Assembly (NCBI GenBank): GCA_964016885.1
Contig: OZ024765.1
Location: forward strand, 11,532,001-11,596,000
Source: Eledone cirrhosa
Lineage: Eukaryota
Length of the DNA: 64,000 nt
Direction: 5' to 3'
The notes below the pieces were generated by a model. It saw nothing but the letters and a program-made list of their open reading frames with translations, did no database searches and was not told the DNA's origin. This document shows positions 1 through 13,343 of this stretch, piece after piece. Position 1 is the first letter of the stretch. Each line of letters starts with the position of its first letter. A program made the position numbers and the translations under genes.

Positions 1-127
1 TATACACTTACATATATATATTTATATACACATACATATATATATATATATACACACATACATATATATATATATATATACACACATACATATATATATA
101 CACACACATACATATATATATATATAT

Positions 128-181
<54 letters not shown>

Positions 182-213
182 ATATATATATATACACACA
201 CATACATATATAT

Positions 214-296
<83 letters not shown>

Positions 297-445
297 TACA
301 TATATATATTTATATACACACATACATATATATATATATATATACACACATACATATATATATATATATACACACATACATATATATATTTATATATACA
401 CACATACATATATATATACACACACATACATATATATATATATAT

Positions 446-499
<54 letters not shown>

Positions 500-531
500 A
501 TATATATATATACACACACATACATATATAT

Positions 532-614
<83 letters not shown>

Positions 615-769
615 TACATATATATATTTATATACACACATACATATATACATATATATATACACACATACATATATATATATATATATACACACATACA
701 TATATATATATATATATACACACATACATATACATATATATATACACACATACATATATACACACACAG
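1..769. repeat. Compound (TA)n/(CA)n microsatellite
   Basis: Reiterated tatatatacacacatacata units; source of the Y/I/C/V-only ORFs. Confidence 0.95.
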
Positions 770-1206
770 GATTTGACCGAAGGCTTCCTTTTTGTTCTGG
801 TCACTCACAAGACCTCTAGAGTTCTCCTCCATCACCAGACGGCCACAGAGGAATGGAAGATATTCAAATACAAGGACTTGGCTGAACACTTTTATTTGTG
901 CTGGTCTCTGTCAAGACCTTTGCTGTCCTTGGTTCCTTTATGGCCATTTCCCTCTGCAAAATTGGCAGGAAAACATCCTGCTTGGAGAAAGAACCACATG
1001 ATGTGAAGTGTCTGTTACAGTATGTGTTGCTGCCTGATATTCATAGCAATACTTTTGGCATTTTGTTCACGAGGTGCAGCTGAGATATACCACCTAGCCA
1101 GGGGTATAGAGTCTGCCAATCCCTCTTCCTCTTCCCCTTACTTTTGCTATTAAATTTTTTCCTCTTTCTTCTTCTTTCTTTATCGTGATGTGTATTTACT
1201 GATCAT

Positions 1207-1366
1207 AGGTGGAGAATTGGCAGAGTTGTTAGAACATTGGATAGAATGCTTTGTAGTATTCATTTTGGCGTTCTGCTCCCTGGGATCAAATCCCACCAAG
1301 GTCAATTTTGCCTTCCATCCATTAATGGTCGATAAAAAAAGTACCAGTCAAGTACTGGAGTCGATT
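1207..1366 (+). mobile_element. Older tRNA-derived SINE (family C) fragment
   Basis: Has tggcagagttgttag and B-box-like gatcaaatccc, then gtcaattttgccttccatcc...ggtcgataaaa...gtaccagt, homologous to the copies at 24516 and 46366. Confidence 0.75.
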
Positions 1367-1862
1367 CTTCCTCTATATCTCTTTCTCACTTCCTTTCACT
1401 CACTATCTTTCTCTGGGAGAAATCTACTGTATTCAGGCCTGGAGAAGAGATAGGCTCTGCCAGGTTTTAAAAAATGTCCTAGAAATGCTGTTTGTCAATA
1501 AGGCGCCCCTACAACTCCCCAGGAGTTACAAGTACATACTGATGATGTACAACAAGGCAGAAACAATGAATTATATGAGAATATTAAAGGTATAATTATT
1601 AGAAGAATGAACATTTCAGCTGAAACAGTTAAGTATTTTAATAAATATTAAATAAAAACGAAATATGGCGAGCCTTAAGCCTTTCTTTACTATATTTCTC
1701 ATGATATACACTGCAAATATGTTTCAAATAATTCTGAAAGATGTTTTGAATGAGACGAATCATAACTGCTAAATATTGACTAGAAAATATACCTTCCAGC
1801 AAGTTCTCTCCCTTGGAAATTGGATGAAAACAACCAATAAGAGTGAAGCTTATATTGTGTGT

Positions 1863-1936
<74 letters not shown>

Positions 1937-2189
1937 CAGAATATCAGAAAACGAAATAACCCAAAACAGACAAATGCATGAGTAAATGTTACAAATATTA
2001 TTAGTTTCACGCTTAGTGAGAGTGGGGTGTGTGTATATATATAATATTGAGTGATCACTCTCTATCTATCTAATATATGTATGTATGTGTATATATATAT
2101 ATGTATATGTGTATGTGTGTATAAATATATATATATATATATATAACATCACCATCATTGTTTAACATCCATTTTCCAGACTAGCATGG

Positions 2190-2222
<33 letters not shown>

Positions 2223-2479
2223 TATATATATATATACACACATGCATACATATATATACAGACACTCACACACATATATATATATATACACACACATATA
2301 TATACATACAGACACACACATATATATATATCACATAGACATATATATCTGTATATCACATAGACATATATATATCTATATATCAATATTTCTTTCTCTC
2401 TCTCTCTGTGTGTGTGCGTGTTTGTGTTTGTGTTTGTGTTTGTGTGTGTGTGTGTGTGTTGGATCACAGAAAAAGCAAC

Positions 2480-3170
2480 ATGATTAGCAAACCAGAGATA
2501 AAGAAAAAGGATGAAAAAGAGGATAATGAGAGAGAGTGAGAGAAGAGTGAGTGAGGAAGAGGAGGTAGAGAGAGTGAGGGAGGGAAGAGAGAGAGAGAAG
2601 AGCGAGAATGAAAGAGAGAAGGAGAGAGAGAAGAGGGAAGAGAGAAGGAGAGAGAGAAGAGGGGTGAGAGATATGAGTGAGAGAAAGAGAAAGAGTGCAA
2701 GTATGAGAGGGAGAGAGAAGAGTGAAAGAATGAGAAAGAGGAGGAGAGAAGAATGAGAGAATGAAAGTAGGAGAGAAGGAGATGAGAGAGAGAGAGGGAG
2801 AAAGAGTGAAAGAGGGAGAGAGGCAGAGAATGAGAGTGAGGGGGATAAAGTGAGAGAGGGGCAGAGAAGATGAAGATAATGAGAGAGAGAGGGGGGAATG
2901 AGAGCGAGGGGGATAAAGTAAGAGAGGGGCAGAGAAGAGGAAGATAATGAGAGAGAGGGGGGATAATGAGAGAGAGAGAGGGGGGGAGAATGAGAGAGAG
3001 AGAGGGGGAATGAGAGAGAGAGAGGGGTGGAGAATGAGAGAGAGAGGGGGCGTGGAGAATGTGAGAGAGAGAGAGAGAGAATGAGAGAGAGAGGGGGGAA
3101 TGAGAGAGAGGGGGGAGAATGAGAGAGAGGGGCATGAAGAAAAGAAAGAGAGGGATTAAAGAAGGGAAAT
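2480..3170. repeat. GA-rich purine low-complexity tract
   Basis: (GA)n and gagaatgagagagag reiterations. Confidence 0.9.
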
Positions 3171-3324
3171 TGTAATAAATGGATTAAAAAATTAATATAA
3201 GCTGATTAAAAAATTAAAAAGTAATAATTTAAAAAAAGCCGAGTTTAGAGGATAAAAAATGAAAGACTTTAGCAAACGTTCGGGGGTTATTTTTCTATTA
3301 TAAAAACACAATAGATGAGATTTA

Positions 3325-3662
3325 CAATTACAACAACAACAAAAACTACAGTTACAGCAACTGTAGCAGTAACAACAACAACAGTAAAAACAACAACTAC
3401 AACTGTAGCAGTCACAACAACAGTAAAACCGTAGCAGCAACAACAACAGTAACAACAGCTACAACAATAACTATAGAAAGAACAACAACCACAACATGGG
3501 TAACAACAGTAACAAAAACAATGACGGTAACATAACAACAACAACAACAACAATAGCAACGACAACAGCAGTAACAACAACAACAACAATAGCAACAACA
3601 ACAATAACAACAATAGTAGCTGCAACGACAACAACAACAACAGTAGCAGCAACAACAACAAA
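3325..3662. repeat. Degenerate (CAA/CAG/TAA)n trinucleotide tract
   Basis: acaacaacaacagtagcagca-type triplet repeats. Confidence 0.9.
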
Positions 3663-3794
3663 TGTTCCAGTTATTTTTTACCAATGTTGAAACACATGAG
3701 AGAAAGAGAGAGAGGGGGAGGGGGAGATAGGCAGAGGGACAGAGGGACAGACTTATGGATTGATAGACAAAGAGATAAATAGATAGATATATAT

Positions 3795-4206
3795 ATTTCT
3801 TTATTTGCCACAAGGGCGCACAAGAAAAGGGGACAATACAAAGACACATGCCGGGGATTTTACATACAGTCGCGTAAAAAAGTTTTAACATGATAATTTA
3901 ACAATCGAAATTCTCAATAGGGGGGAGGCCTTACAAATGGGTTGCTTTATACCCCGTAGATAGAACAACCCTCAACTCCAGGAGCGTGTTGTGCAAGTAC
4001 TCCTTCTTCCTTTTGCTCTCTTCTTCAACCTACAGGTTTATATACAGAGAAGGCCCAAACACTCGGGCCATTCTCGCCACATTCACCCACCTTTCAGTAA
4101 ATTTACTGGGGTGCAGTGCCTCTCTCTCTCCACTCTGATTCTCCTTCTAAAGTGGTACCTAAAGAAGGGAATGAGTTGTTGTTTGGAGAGAAAGGCATCT
4201 GTCCTC
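3795..4206 (-). mobile_element. Tx1/L1-clade LINE 3' fragment (end of ORF2 plus 3' UTR)
   Basis: Homologous to 4543-4962 and 5032-5275; on the minus strand it ends in gtggcaaataaagaaat; adjacent to a Tx1/L1-type RT fragment. Confidence 0.7.
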
Positions 4207-4235
4207 ACAGACACAGATAGATAGATAGAGATATA

Positions 4236-4515
4236 TTGAGAACTGCTTCCAAGTATCGATGGTCGACCCTACCAAAAGCCTTAGACTGATCTAAATTGAT
4301 CAGAGCCCTACTGAAGCTGGGTTTACACCCCACCCTCTCTATGATGTATCGCATGAGGTGGAGGCTGTCATGTATGGACCTGGTTGGGATTGCACACGTT
4401 TGTGCTTTTCCCACTAGGTTCTCGATGACAAGCACCAGCCTCGTTGCTAACATCTTGGCCAAAATCTGTGTTTAGGAGAGTTATGGGACAGAAAATGCTT
4501 ATTTCATCCCCTTTG
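4236..4515 (-). pseudogene. Tx1/L1-clade reverse transcriptase fragment (frameshifted)
   Basis: Translation PITLLNTD.. then LAKMLATRL..LVGKAQTCAIPTRSIHDSLHLMRYIIE..ALINLDQSKAFGRVDHRYL matches non-LTR RT motifs (RPISLLN, DxxKAFDRV). Confidence 0.85.
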
Positions 4516-4542
4516 GTAGGTAGATAGATAGATACAGAGACA

Positions 4543-4962
4543 AATTTCTGTTTATTTGCCACTAGGGCACAAAAGAAAGGGACATGTACATGGGTGGGGG
4601 GAGTTTACATAAAAATCGAGTAAGAAAAATATAACAAACAAAATAATAACAAGAAGGTCCTCAATAGGGAGGGATCGTTTTGGGGTCACACACCCCCGAA
4701 AAAAAGTGTGCGACCCTTCTCCACGGGAGCACAAAGAGAGGGTGCTCCCTTCTTTCTGTTCCACCTACAGGCTGAGGTAGAGAGAAGGCCCATTCACACG
4801 GGCCATTCTCGCAACTTTCACCCACCTTTCATAAAACTGGCTGGGGTGCAGCACCTCTCTCTCCATCCTGATCCTTCTTCCGAAATGGTATCGGAAGAAA
4901 AGGACCAGTTGTTGGCCGGAGAGAAAGGTGTCCGACCTCAGCCCTTTCAGACGCGTCCACCA
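4543..4962 (-). mobile_element. Tx1/L1-clade LINE 3' fragment
   Basis: Paralogue of 3795-4206 (ggccattctcgc..ttcacccacctttca); 3' end gtggcaaataaacagaaat. Confidence 0.7.
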
Positions 4963-5031
4963 TATATAGATAGATACAGAGACAGACAGACAGACAGACA
5001 GGCAGGCAGATAGATAGATAGATAATAGATA

Positions 5032-5275
5032 GATTTCTATTTATTGCCAGTAGGGCGCAAAAGAAGGGGACAAATACAAGGGGGGAGTTTACACAAAAAG
5101 GCGAGTAAAGAAAACAATTAACAAATATAAAATTAACAATAAAGTCCTCAATAGGGAGGGGGCGTTTGGGGGGGGGGGTCGCACACACCCCCGAAAAAAG
5201 TGTGCAACCCCTTCTCCTCAGGAGCACAGAGAGAGGGTGCTCCCTCGTTCCTTCCTCTTTTCCACCTACAGGCTG
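5032..5275 (-). mobile_element. Tx1/L1-clade LINE 3' UTR fragment
   Basis: Closely similar to 4543-4775 (cacacccccgaaaaaagtgtgc..gagagggtgctccct..ccacctacaggctga). Confidence 0.7.
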
Positions 5276-5354
5276 ATGGAGAGATAGATAGACAGACAGA
5301 CAGATAGATTGGCAGATAAATATAGATAAAGATCACACTAAACATTTCCGTAGA

Positions 5355-5750
5355 TAAGGAATGTTCTACAAGAGAGCCAGGTACATCAAAGAACATTGTC
5401 ATCTTTATTGTCCTAGCCAAAATGTATTGGCTTGCTCTCTCTCTCTCTCTCTCTCATCAGACAATAAAAAATGACAACCTTTTCCAATGTACCTGGCTAT
5501 CTTGTAGAACATTACCTGCCATTGGAAACTACATAATGTTCTTTCTTCCTCTTCCTTCTCTTCTGACAAATGATAATGTTCTCCAATGTACCTGGCTACA
5601 TTGTAGAACATTCCCCATCAACAGAAAGATCCAGAATGTTCTCTCTATTTCTTTCTCTCTCCCCCTCCCTTCTCTTCAGCCAATCAAAAACGACCATGTT
5701 TTCCAATGTACCTGGCTACATTGTAGAACCTTCCCTGCTGTCGGAAACTA
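5355..5750. repeat. Four copies of a ~50-bp motif (three direct, one inverted)
   Basis: tccaatgtacctggcta(c/t)attgtagaac at ~5483, 5582 and 5702; reverse complement at ~5360. Confidence 0.75.
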
Positions 5751-6419
5751 GAGAGATGTCCAAAGTGATGTATGAAGTCTGCTTACAACCGGAAAAGTAC
5801 AACAATTTATCATAATTTTTCCATCACTCTCATATAGCTGTCATCTAATGCTCCCTCATCACCCCACCACCACCACCACCACATCACACACACTACTCTC
5901 TCTCTCTCTCTACCTTTATCTCTTGCTATCTCCCAAACCTGCCATTATTTACCCCACCACCACTACTACTACTACGAGCCTATATTATATTATACATTTA
6001 TCATCGTTAATAATACACTGTGTGTTATCATATATATATATATATATAATAATAATAAAATGTGGAGATTCCTTTTTCTTTTTTCTTTTCATTTCTTAAA
6101 CCTTTGTTTGTAAAAAACATTATTCTTTCTGCACCTTCTCTTTAAGATGTGCGACACCACACTAATACATTTCACTATCATTTGATAATGCATATAAATG
6201 CTGAAACCGGTAATAGACAATAATTAAATATATAAATAGATAAATAAATGCCATTGTTAAATAATAAATAAATCAACTAATACCTTAACACTTCACACAA
6301 AGTAAAACATTTCGTTTTAATCCTTTTCTAACCCAGAAAAAAGAGAGAGAGAAACAAAAAAGAAAAAAAATATATTTTTCTTCCTCATAATCCTCTCTTT
6401 CTCCCTGTTTTCATGTCAT

Positions 6420-6928
6420 GACAAAAAAACACACAGTCCACGCTGTAATGTGGCCGTGTAGGTAACACGGTAAAAACCTCCCAGTACACACTGTAAACGT
6501 GGTTGGTGTTGGGAAGGGCACCCAGCCGTAGAAAACCCGCCAGACGTGTAGGTGTCACGACAATAAAACACACAGTCCACGCTGTAATGTGGCCGTGTAG
6601 GTAACATGGTAAAAACCTCCCAGTACACACTGTAAACGTAGTTGGTGTTGGGAAGGGCACCCAGCCGTAGAAAACCCGCCAGACGTGTAGGTGTCACGAC
6701 AATAAAACACACAGTCCACGCTGTAATGTGGCCGTGTAGGTAACACAGTAAAAAGTTCCCAGTCCACACTGTAAACGTGTTTTGTGTTGGGAAGGGCATC
6801 CAGCCGTAGAAAACCCGCCAGATAGTCCTAAGCAAGACAACCAATCTTGCCTCAAGTGGGACAATTCCCATCCAGACCCATGCTAGCATGGAAAATGGAC
6901 GTTAAATAATGATGATGATGATGATGAT
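6420..6928 (+). mobile_element. SINE body triplicated as 139-bp tandem units, ending in an RTE-type tail
   Basis: acacagtcca recurs at 6431, 6570 and 6709; tail cccatgctagcatggaaaatggacgttaaat(gat)n; single-copy paralogue at 54605-54850. Confidence 0.85.
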
Positions 6929-7024
6929 ATATATACATATATACATATATATATATATAAGCACATCCACACATATATATATATACACACACACATATAT
7001 ATATATAAGCATATCCACACACAG

Positions 7025-7062
<38 letters not shown>

Positions 7063-7082
7063 ACACACACACACACACACAC

Positions 7083-7113
<31 letters not shown>

Positions 7114-7155
7114 TGCATATATATAAATATATATATACATACACACACACACATA

Positions 7156-7191
<36 letters not shown>

Positions 7192-7442
7192 AATATATAT
7201 ATATATACATACACATACACACATATATATATGCACATAAACACATACATATATCGATATATATATATATATATACAGAGACATACATATAAGTGTCAAC
7301 ATCAGTTAATATTAGACATTAACGGAACAGTGGAAAGTTAACAAGTACCAATTAATATTAAATTACATTAGACATCATCTCATATTGTGAACTGTATATA
7401 TATATATATGGTATATGGTATATATATATAGTAGATATATGG

Positions 7443-7479
<37 letters not shown>

Positions 7480-7554
7480 TGCAGACTGTGCATCAGCATG
7501 AGATATTTTTCTCCACAAAGTTTGATCATCAACAGCATATATATAATATATATA

Positions 7555-7608
<54 letters not shown>

Positions 7609-7639
7609 TATATATATATATATATTTTCTATACCTTTC

Positions 7640-7678
<39 letters not shown>

Positions 7679-8292
7679 TATATATATATATATGCATATA
7701 TATATATATATATATGCATATATATATATATATGCATATATATGTATATATATATATATATATATATGCATATATATATATGTATATATATATATATACA
7801 TATATATGTATATATATATATATATATATATGCATATATATATATGTATATATATATATATACATATATACATATATATATATATATATGCATATATATA
7901 TATATATATAAATATATATATACATTCATATATACATACATATACATATATATATATATGCATATATATATATATATATATATATATTACCATAAAGTAC
8001 ACAGTTACTTGAGACGAAAAGACAGCTCAGTCTTTACCTTGTTAGCCACTTTGCTGGCAAGCAATTTTGTGCATTAAGGAGGTATTGCACTCGTGTTGCC
8101 TGTTTGCACAACAGATTAGAGAACTACACTATAAGTTATATGTATAGATCTCCATGGAAGACTATCATCACTATAGAAAGAAATAGAATATTATAGAACA
8201 CCATAGATCATGATAGAATGCTACAGAAGACCATAGAACATGAACGAACATCATAGAATATGATTGAAGAACATAGAACTCTATAAAGCACT

Positions 8293-8895
8293 ATCATCAT
8301 TATTTTACGTCTGCTTTTCCCTGCTTGCAAGGGTGGGACGGGTTCTATTTAGCACAGCATATCTCCACTTTTCACGGTCCTTAGTCATCTCATCTGTGAG
8401 CTTCAGCGATCCGAGGTCAGCTCTCACCACCTCCGTCCATGTTTTTTGTGGTCTTCCATCCACTGGGATCTCTTGGTACTTCTTTACCCAGCGATCATCC
8501 TCCATGCACATCACATGTCCATACCAACACAGTCTTCTCTCCCACACACTACAGCCTATCCCTCTTATACACAGTTTCTCTCTCAACTCGTCTATGCTTG
8601 GTCGTTCACACACATTGACATTGCACATCCAACGGAACACGCTTGCTTCATTTCTCTCCAGCCATTGCATATCCTCCGCAGTTGCTGCCCATGTCTCACT
8701 ACCATGCAGCATCACGCATCTCACACAGGCATCATACAACTGACCTTTCGTTCACAGGGAGAAACCCTTCATTGTCAACAGAGGAAGCAGCTCCCTAAAC
8801 TTCTTCCATCCTGTCCTTATTCTAGATACTATGGCCTCGGAGCACCCTCCTCCCTTACTAATTTGATCACCTAGACCTAGATATCGAAAGCTATC
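8293..8895 (-). mobile_element. RTE-clade LINE, 5'-truncated 3' fragment
   Basis: ORF 8305-8739 YDACVR..MLHGSETWA..RRLCWYGHVM..GRPQKTW; upstream SFRYLG..RIRTGWKKFREL; tail cccttgcaagcagggaaaagcagacgtaaaat(gat)n. Confidence 0.9.
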
Positions 8896-9265
8896 CACTA
8901 TAGAAAACCACAGAATACTATGCATCAACATAGAACACCAGAAAGCACCATAGAACAGCATAGAACATGCTAGAACACTATAGAAAACCATAGAATACTA
9001 TGCATCACCATAGAACACCAGAAAGCACCATAGAACAGCATAGAACATGCTGGAACACTATAGAAAACCATAGAATACTATGCATCACCATAGAACACCA
9101 GAAAGCACCATAGAACAGCATAGAACATGCTGGAACACTATAGAAAACCATAGAATACTATGCATCACCATAGAACAGCATAGAACATGCTGGAACACTA
9201 TAGAAAACCATAGTATACTATGCATCACCATAGAACACCATAGAACATGCTGGAACACTATAGAA
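8895..9265. repeat. 80-bp tandem repeat built from a ~10-bp catagaacac sub-unit
   Basis: tagaaaacca at 8901, 8981, 9061, 9141 and 9201; related diverged sequence at 8165-8290 on the other side of the RTE. Confidence 0.85.
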
Positions 9266-9414
9266 CTCTGTAGATTCTGTTGCTAAGCCAGTCGAAGAAA
9301 AATATTGATTGAAACCCAATATTGTGTAAACTGTGCGAAAATGGAAGCAAAAGAAAAAAAAAAACCTGAAGGTCTGTAATTCTTGTGTGGAAGATGGTAG
9401 TTCTATAGACATTT

Positions 9415-10254
9415 CTCTTCTTTGTCTTCCTCCTCTTCTCCACTTCCTCTTCTTCTCCTCTTCCTCTTCTTCTCCACTTCCTCTTCCTCTTCTTCTCCTC
9501 TTCCTCTTCTTTGTCTTCCTCTTCCTCCTCTTTGTCTTCCTCTTCTTCTCTTCCTTTTCTTTGTCTTCTTCCTCTTCTCTTCCTCTTCTCCTCTTCCTTT
9601 TCTCTGTCTTCTTCCCCTTCTTTGTCTTCCTCTTCTCTTCCTTTTCTTTGTCTTCTTCTCTTCCTCTTCTTTGTCTTCTCCTCTTCTTCTTCTCTTCCTC
9701 TTCTTCTTCTCCTCCTTCTGTCATCATCATCATCATCTTTTGTTTTCCTCTTCTGTCTCTTCACCTCCTCAATCATCTTCTCTTATCTTCTCCTCCTTTT
9801 ATCTTACTCTTCTTCTTCTCCCCCCCCCCCCCCCTTACTCTCCTTCTCCTCCTCTCCTCTTCCTCCCCTTCCCCTCCCCTTCTTCATCTCCTTCTCCTCC
9901 TCCTCTTCTCCTGTCATCATCACCATCATCTTTTGTCTTCTTCCTCTTCACCTCCTCCTCCATCTCCTTCTGCCATCTTTTTCTTCTTCTTCCTCTCCTC
10001 CTCTCATCACCTTCCTCTTCACCTGCTCTCTCTCTTCTTTCCCCTCCTTCACCATCTCCTCCTCCTCCATCTCCTGTCTTCTCCTACTCCTCCATCTTCC
10101 CCTCCCTCTCCTCCACATTCTTCTCCTCTCTCATCCTCTACCAACTCCTATCCCTCCCCCTCTACTTTCTTATCCTTTACCTTCTCTTCCTCCCCTTCCA
10201 CATACATCTCTATCATGTATTCCCCTTCTGTTGCTTCTGCTATTTATAGAATCG

Positions 10255-10333
<79 letters not shown>

Positions 10334-10705
10334 TGAGAGAGAGATGGAGAGAGAAAGATATATATATCCATCTATTTATCTCTATCTCTCTCTCTATCTA
10401 TCTATTTCTCTCTCTCTCTCTCTCTACCTATCTCTCTTTTTCTCTACCTACCCACCTACCTACCTATCTATCTACCTATCTCTCTCTCTCTCTCTCTACC
10501 TACCCACCTATCTACCTACCCACCTACCTACCTATCTATCTACCTACCTACCTACCTACCTATCTACCTACCTACCCACCTACCTACCCACCCACCTACC
10601 TATCTATCTACCTACCTACCTACCTACCCACCTACATACCTATCTACCCACCCACCTACCTACCTACCCACCTATCTACCTACCCACCTACCCACCTATC
10701 TACCT
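9415..10705. repeat. CT-rich low complexity followed by (CCTA/TCTA)n tetranucleotide
   Basis: (CTT/CCT)n then acctacctacccacctatct reiteration. Confidence 0.9.
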
Positions 10706-11090
10706 GTCTGCCTGTATTTATTGTGAATTAGAAGCTGCCGATGTTTTTTAGGAATTCCAATTCCAATAAAAATGACTGAACCAAAAGCTGACAAATCATC
10801 CACACGAGTCTCGTGTTCAATCCCCCTCTCCCCACTCCACCCGCCACCACCCCTACTCACCCCACACCCTTCCACCACCTGTTTACCCCCCTTTTAATTT
10901 CAGTTTATTTTGACCATGCCTTTATTTTTAAATTTTCTCATTCCTTGTATTTTGATCATGCTTTATTTTTATTTATTATATTTTTTTGTCTTTATTTGTT
11001 AATTTTTCATTCGCACCGTTTCCTTTCGCTATATGTCTCTCCACCACTCCCCTACACACCTTTTGAACTCTGTTCCCACACACTTCTCAC

Positions 11091-11121
11091 CTGAAGAAGG
11101 GCTTATGCCCGAAACGTCGTC
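11091..11121 (+). ncRNA. Minimal hammerhead ribozyme core lacking stem I (Penelope-type terminal repeat remnant)
   Basis: CTGAAGA-a-gggc-ttat-gccc-GAAA-c-gtc-g-TC; the flanks do not pair. Confidence 0.5.
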
Positions 11122-11209
11122 CCCCACCTACCCCCCCACTCTCCTGAGCGTGAATTTAATAAACATTTATTGTACTGCCTCTCTGTTCTGTCCCTGTTCA
11201 ATTTTTCAT

Positions 11210-11245
<36 letters not shown>

Positions 11246-11454
11246 TACACATGTTACACATATATACATATATATCACACACACATCCATATATATACAC
11301 ACACACACACACATATATACACACACACACACATATATATGCACATATATATAAATACATATATACATACATATATACACACACAAAAACATACATATGT
11401 GTGTGTGTGTGTATATATATACATATACATACATATATATATATATATGTAAAG

Positions 11455-11665
11455 GGGTATGGCTGAGTGGTTAGAGAATTAGATTTGCAATCGTGAGGTT
11501 GTGAGTTCAATTCCTAGACCGGGCGATGCGTTATGTCCTTGAGCAAGACACTTTATTTCACGTTGCTCCTTCTACCTGGAGTTGCGACTGATAGATAGTA
11601 CTAGCAACTGGAAAGATCAATGGAAACATTGTTTCCTCGGTCCGATTTGACGAAAGTCGATCAAT
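11455..11665 (+). mobile_element. tRNA-derived CORE-type SINE, family B
   Basis: A box tggctgagtggttag, B box gagttcaattcc, CORE-like ccttgagcaagacacttt; paralogue at 57558-57770. Confidence 0.85.
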
Positions 11666-11755
11666 CCTTTTATATATATATAACCCATGCTAGCGTGGAA
11701 AATGGACGTTAAACGAAGATGTTGATGATGATGATGATGATATATACATATATAA

Positions 11756-11813
<58 letters not shown>

Positions 11814-11814
<1 letters not shown>

Positions 11815-12163
11815 GAGGCATGTGGCTCAGTGGTTAGAGTATTGGCCTTGCAATCGAAAGGTTGTGAGTTCAATTCTCAGACCGGGTGATGTGTTGTTTC
11901 CTTGAGCAAGACACTTTATTTCACATTGCTCCAGTTTACTCAGCTGTAGAAATGAGATGATAGGGACTGGGTTCCCTATCATTCCACTGCAAAGTGGTCG
12001 TGGAGGTGCCACGGCAAAAAAGCACCCAGCACTCACTGTAAATGAAGTTGGTGTTAGGCAGGGCATCCAGCTGTAGAAATCAAGCCAGAATCAGTTTCCG
12101 TCCCACCCTTGCAAGCAGGGAAAAGTGGACGTAAAATGAAATGATGATGATGAAGATGATGAT
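11814..12163 (+). mobile_element. Full-length CORE-type SINE, family A, with RTE-derived tail
   Basis: tggctcagtggttagag...gagttcaattc; ccttgagcaagacactttatttcacattgctccagtttactcagctgtagaaatgag resembles the MIR CORE; tail cccacccttgcaagcagggaaaagtggacgtaaaatga..(gat)n. Confidence 0.9.
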
Positions 12164-12966
12164 ATATATATATATATATGAAGAGGTACCCAGCTATTCC
12201 CATCTACTTCCTGAAAATAACAATATATTTCTGCAGACATTACAAAATATTTGATGAATATCTTAGAATCTCTGTAGATTCTCCTGAAACTAGGTTTATT
12301 GTGAGTTACTGTGGAAGTTTACTGATTAAGAGTTTTTGTAAGGCTCTACTTCTTTTGTTTGAATGTCCTATTCAGTTTGCTTTAGCCACATATTGAGATA
12401 TCAGTAGGTTAGATGTATACTGAATAATGGACAGAGAGTTATGAAAATAACTCATCTACTTCTAATCTTAAATAAACCACTTTCTTCTCATTTTTCCTCA
12501 TACTACTTCTCTTTTCTTGCACTCACCTCTATCTCTCTCTCTCTACCTTGTATGTACCTCTATTTCTTTCTCCCTCTCTATCTTGTATGTATATCTATTT
12601 CTCTCTCCTTCATTCCTTCATCTTTCTCTCAGTTTTTCTCTCTCGTATTATATTATACAACATCTCATTCTCACACTCTTTCTCTCTTTATGATGGTTTG
12701 GCAAATAGAGATCGCTATAATTTGTAACAGATTCAAATAAATTGCCCCAAGTTGACTACAGACCAATGAAATGACCGAAAACAGTAAAAGATCTTAATTT
12801 TTAATGTTATTGTTCAAATCCTTTCTTCATTGTTTGTGTATAAAGCTAAAGAAATTATATACAACATTGAAAGGGACTTAAGAAATATCTACAATGAATA
12901 TATTTGAATACATCATTGAATATATGTGTGTGTGTGTGTATATATATATATGTGTGCATATATATA

Positions 12967-13163
12967 TCATCGTCATCATCATCATCGTTTAACGTCCGTG
13001 TTCCATGCTTGCATGGGTTTGGACGGGAGTTTTCCCACTTGAGGCAAGAGTGGTTGTCTTGCTCGCATAGGACTGTCTGGCGGATTTTCTACAGTTGGAT
13101 GCCCTTCCTAACACCAACCACATTTACAGTGTGGGGCTGGGAGGTTTTTACCGTGTTGCCTAC
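12967..13163 (-). mobile_element. SINE 3' part with RTE-type tail
   Basis: Reverse complement of the 6740-6928 type sequence. Confidence 0.8.
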
Positions 13164-13294
13164 ACTATATATATATATAAATGTATATATATATGTGTGT
13201 GTGTGTGTATATATATGTACATATGAACATATATATATATGTATATATATATATGTGCATATATATATGTGTGTGTGTGTATATATATTTATAC

Positions 13295-13343
<49 letters not shown>

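Noticed and set aside
8-889. Long Y/I/C/V/H/T-rich ORFs here and throughout (e.g. 18281-19201, 40383-41154, 52051-53598)
   Set aside because: Translations of (TA)n/(CA)n microsatellites, which lack stop codons; open in several frames.
773-1083. Short ORFs in unique sequence
   Set aside because: No recognisable motif or convincing splice sites.
1533-1580. ctgatga..gaaac possible hammerhead
   Set aside because: Stem III and the UH site cannot be formed convincingly.
11814-11890. tRNA genes at SINE heads
   Set aside because: A and B boxes continue into CORE and LINE-derived tails in many copies; these are SINEs.
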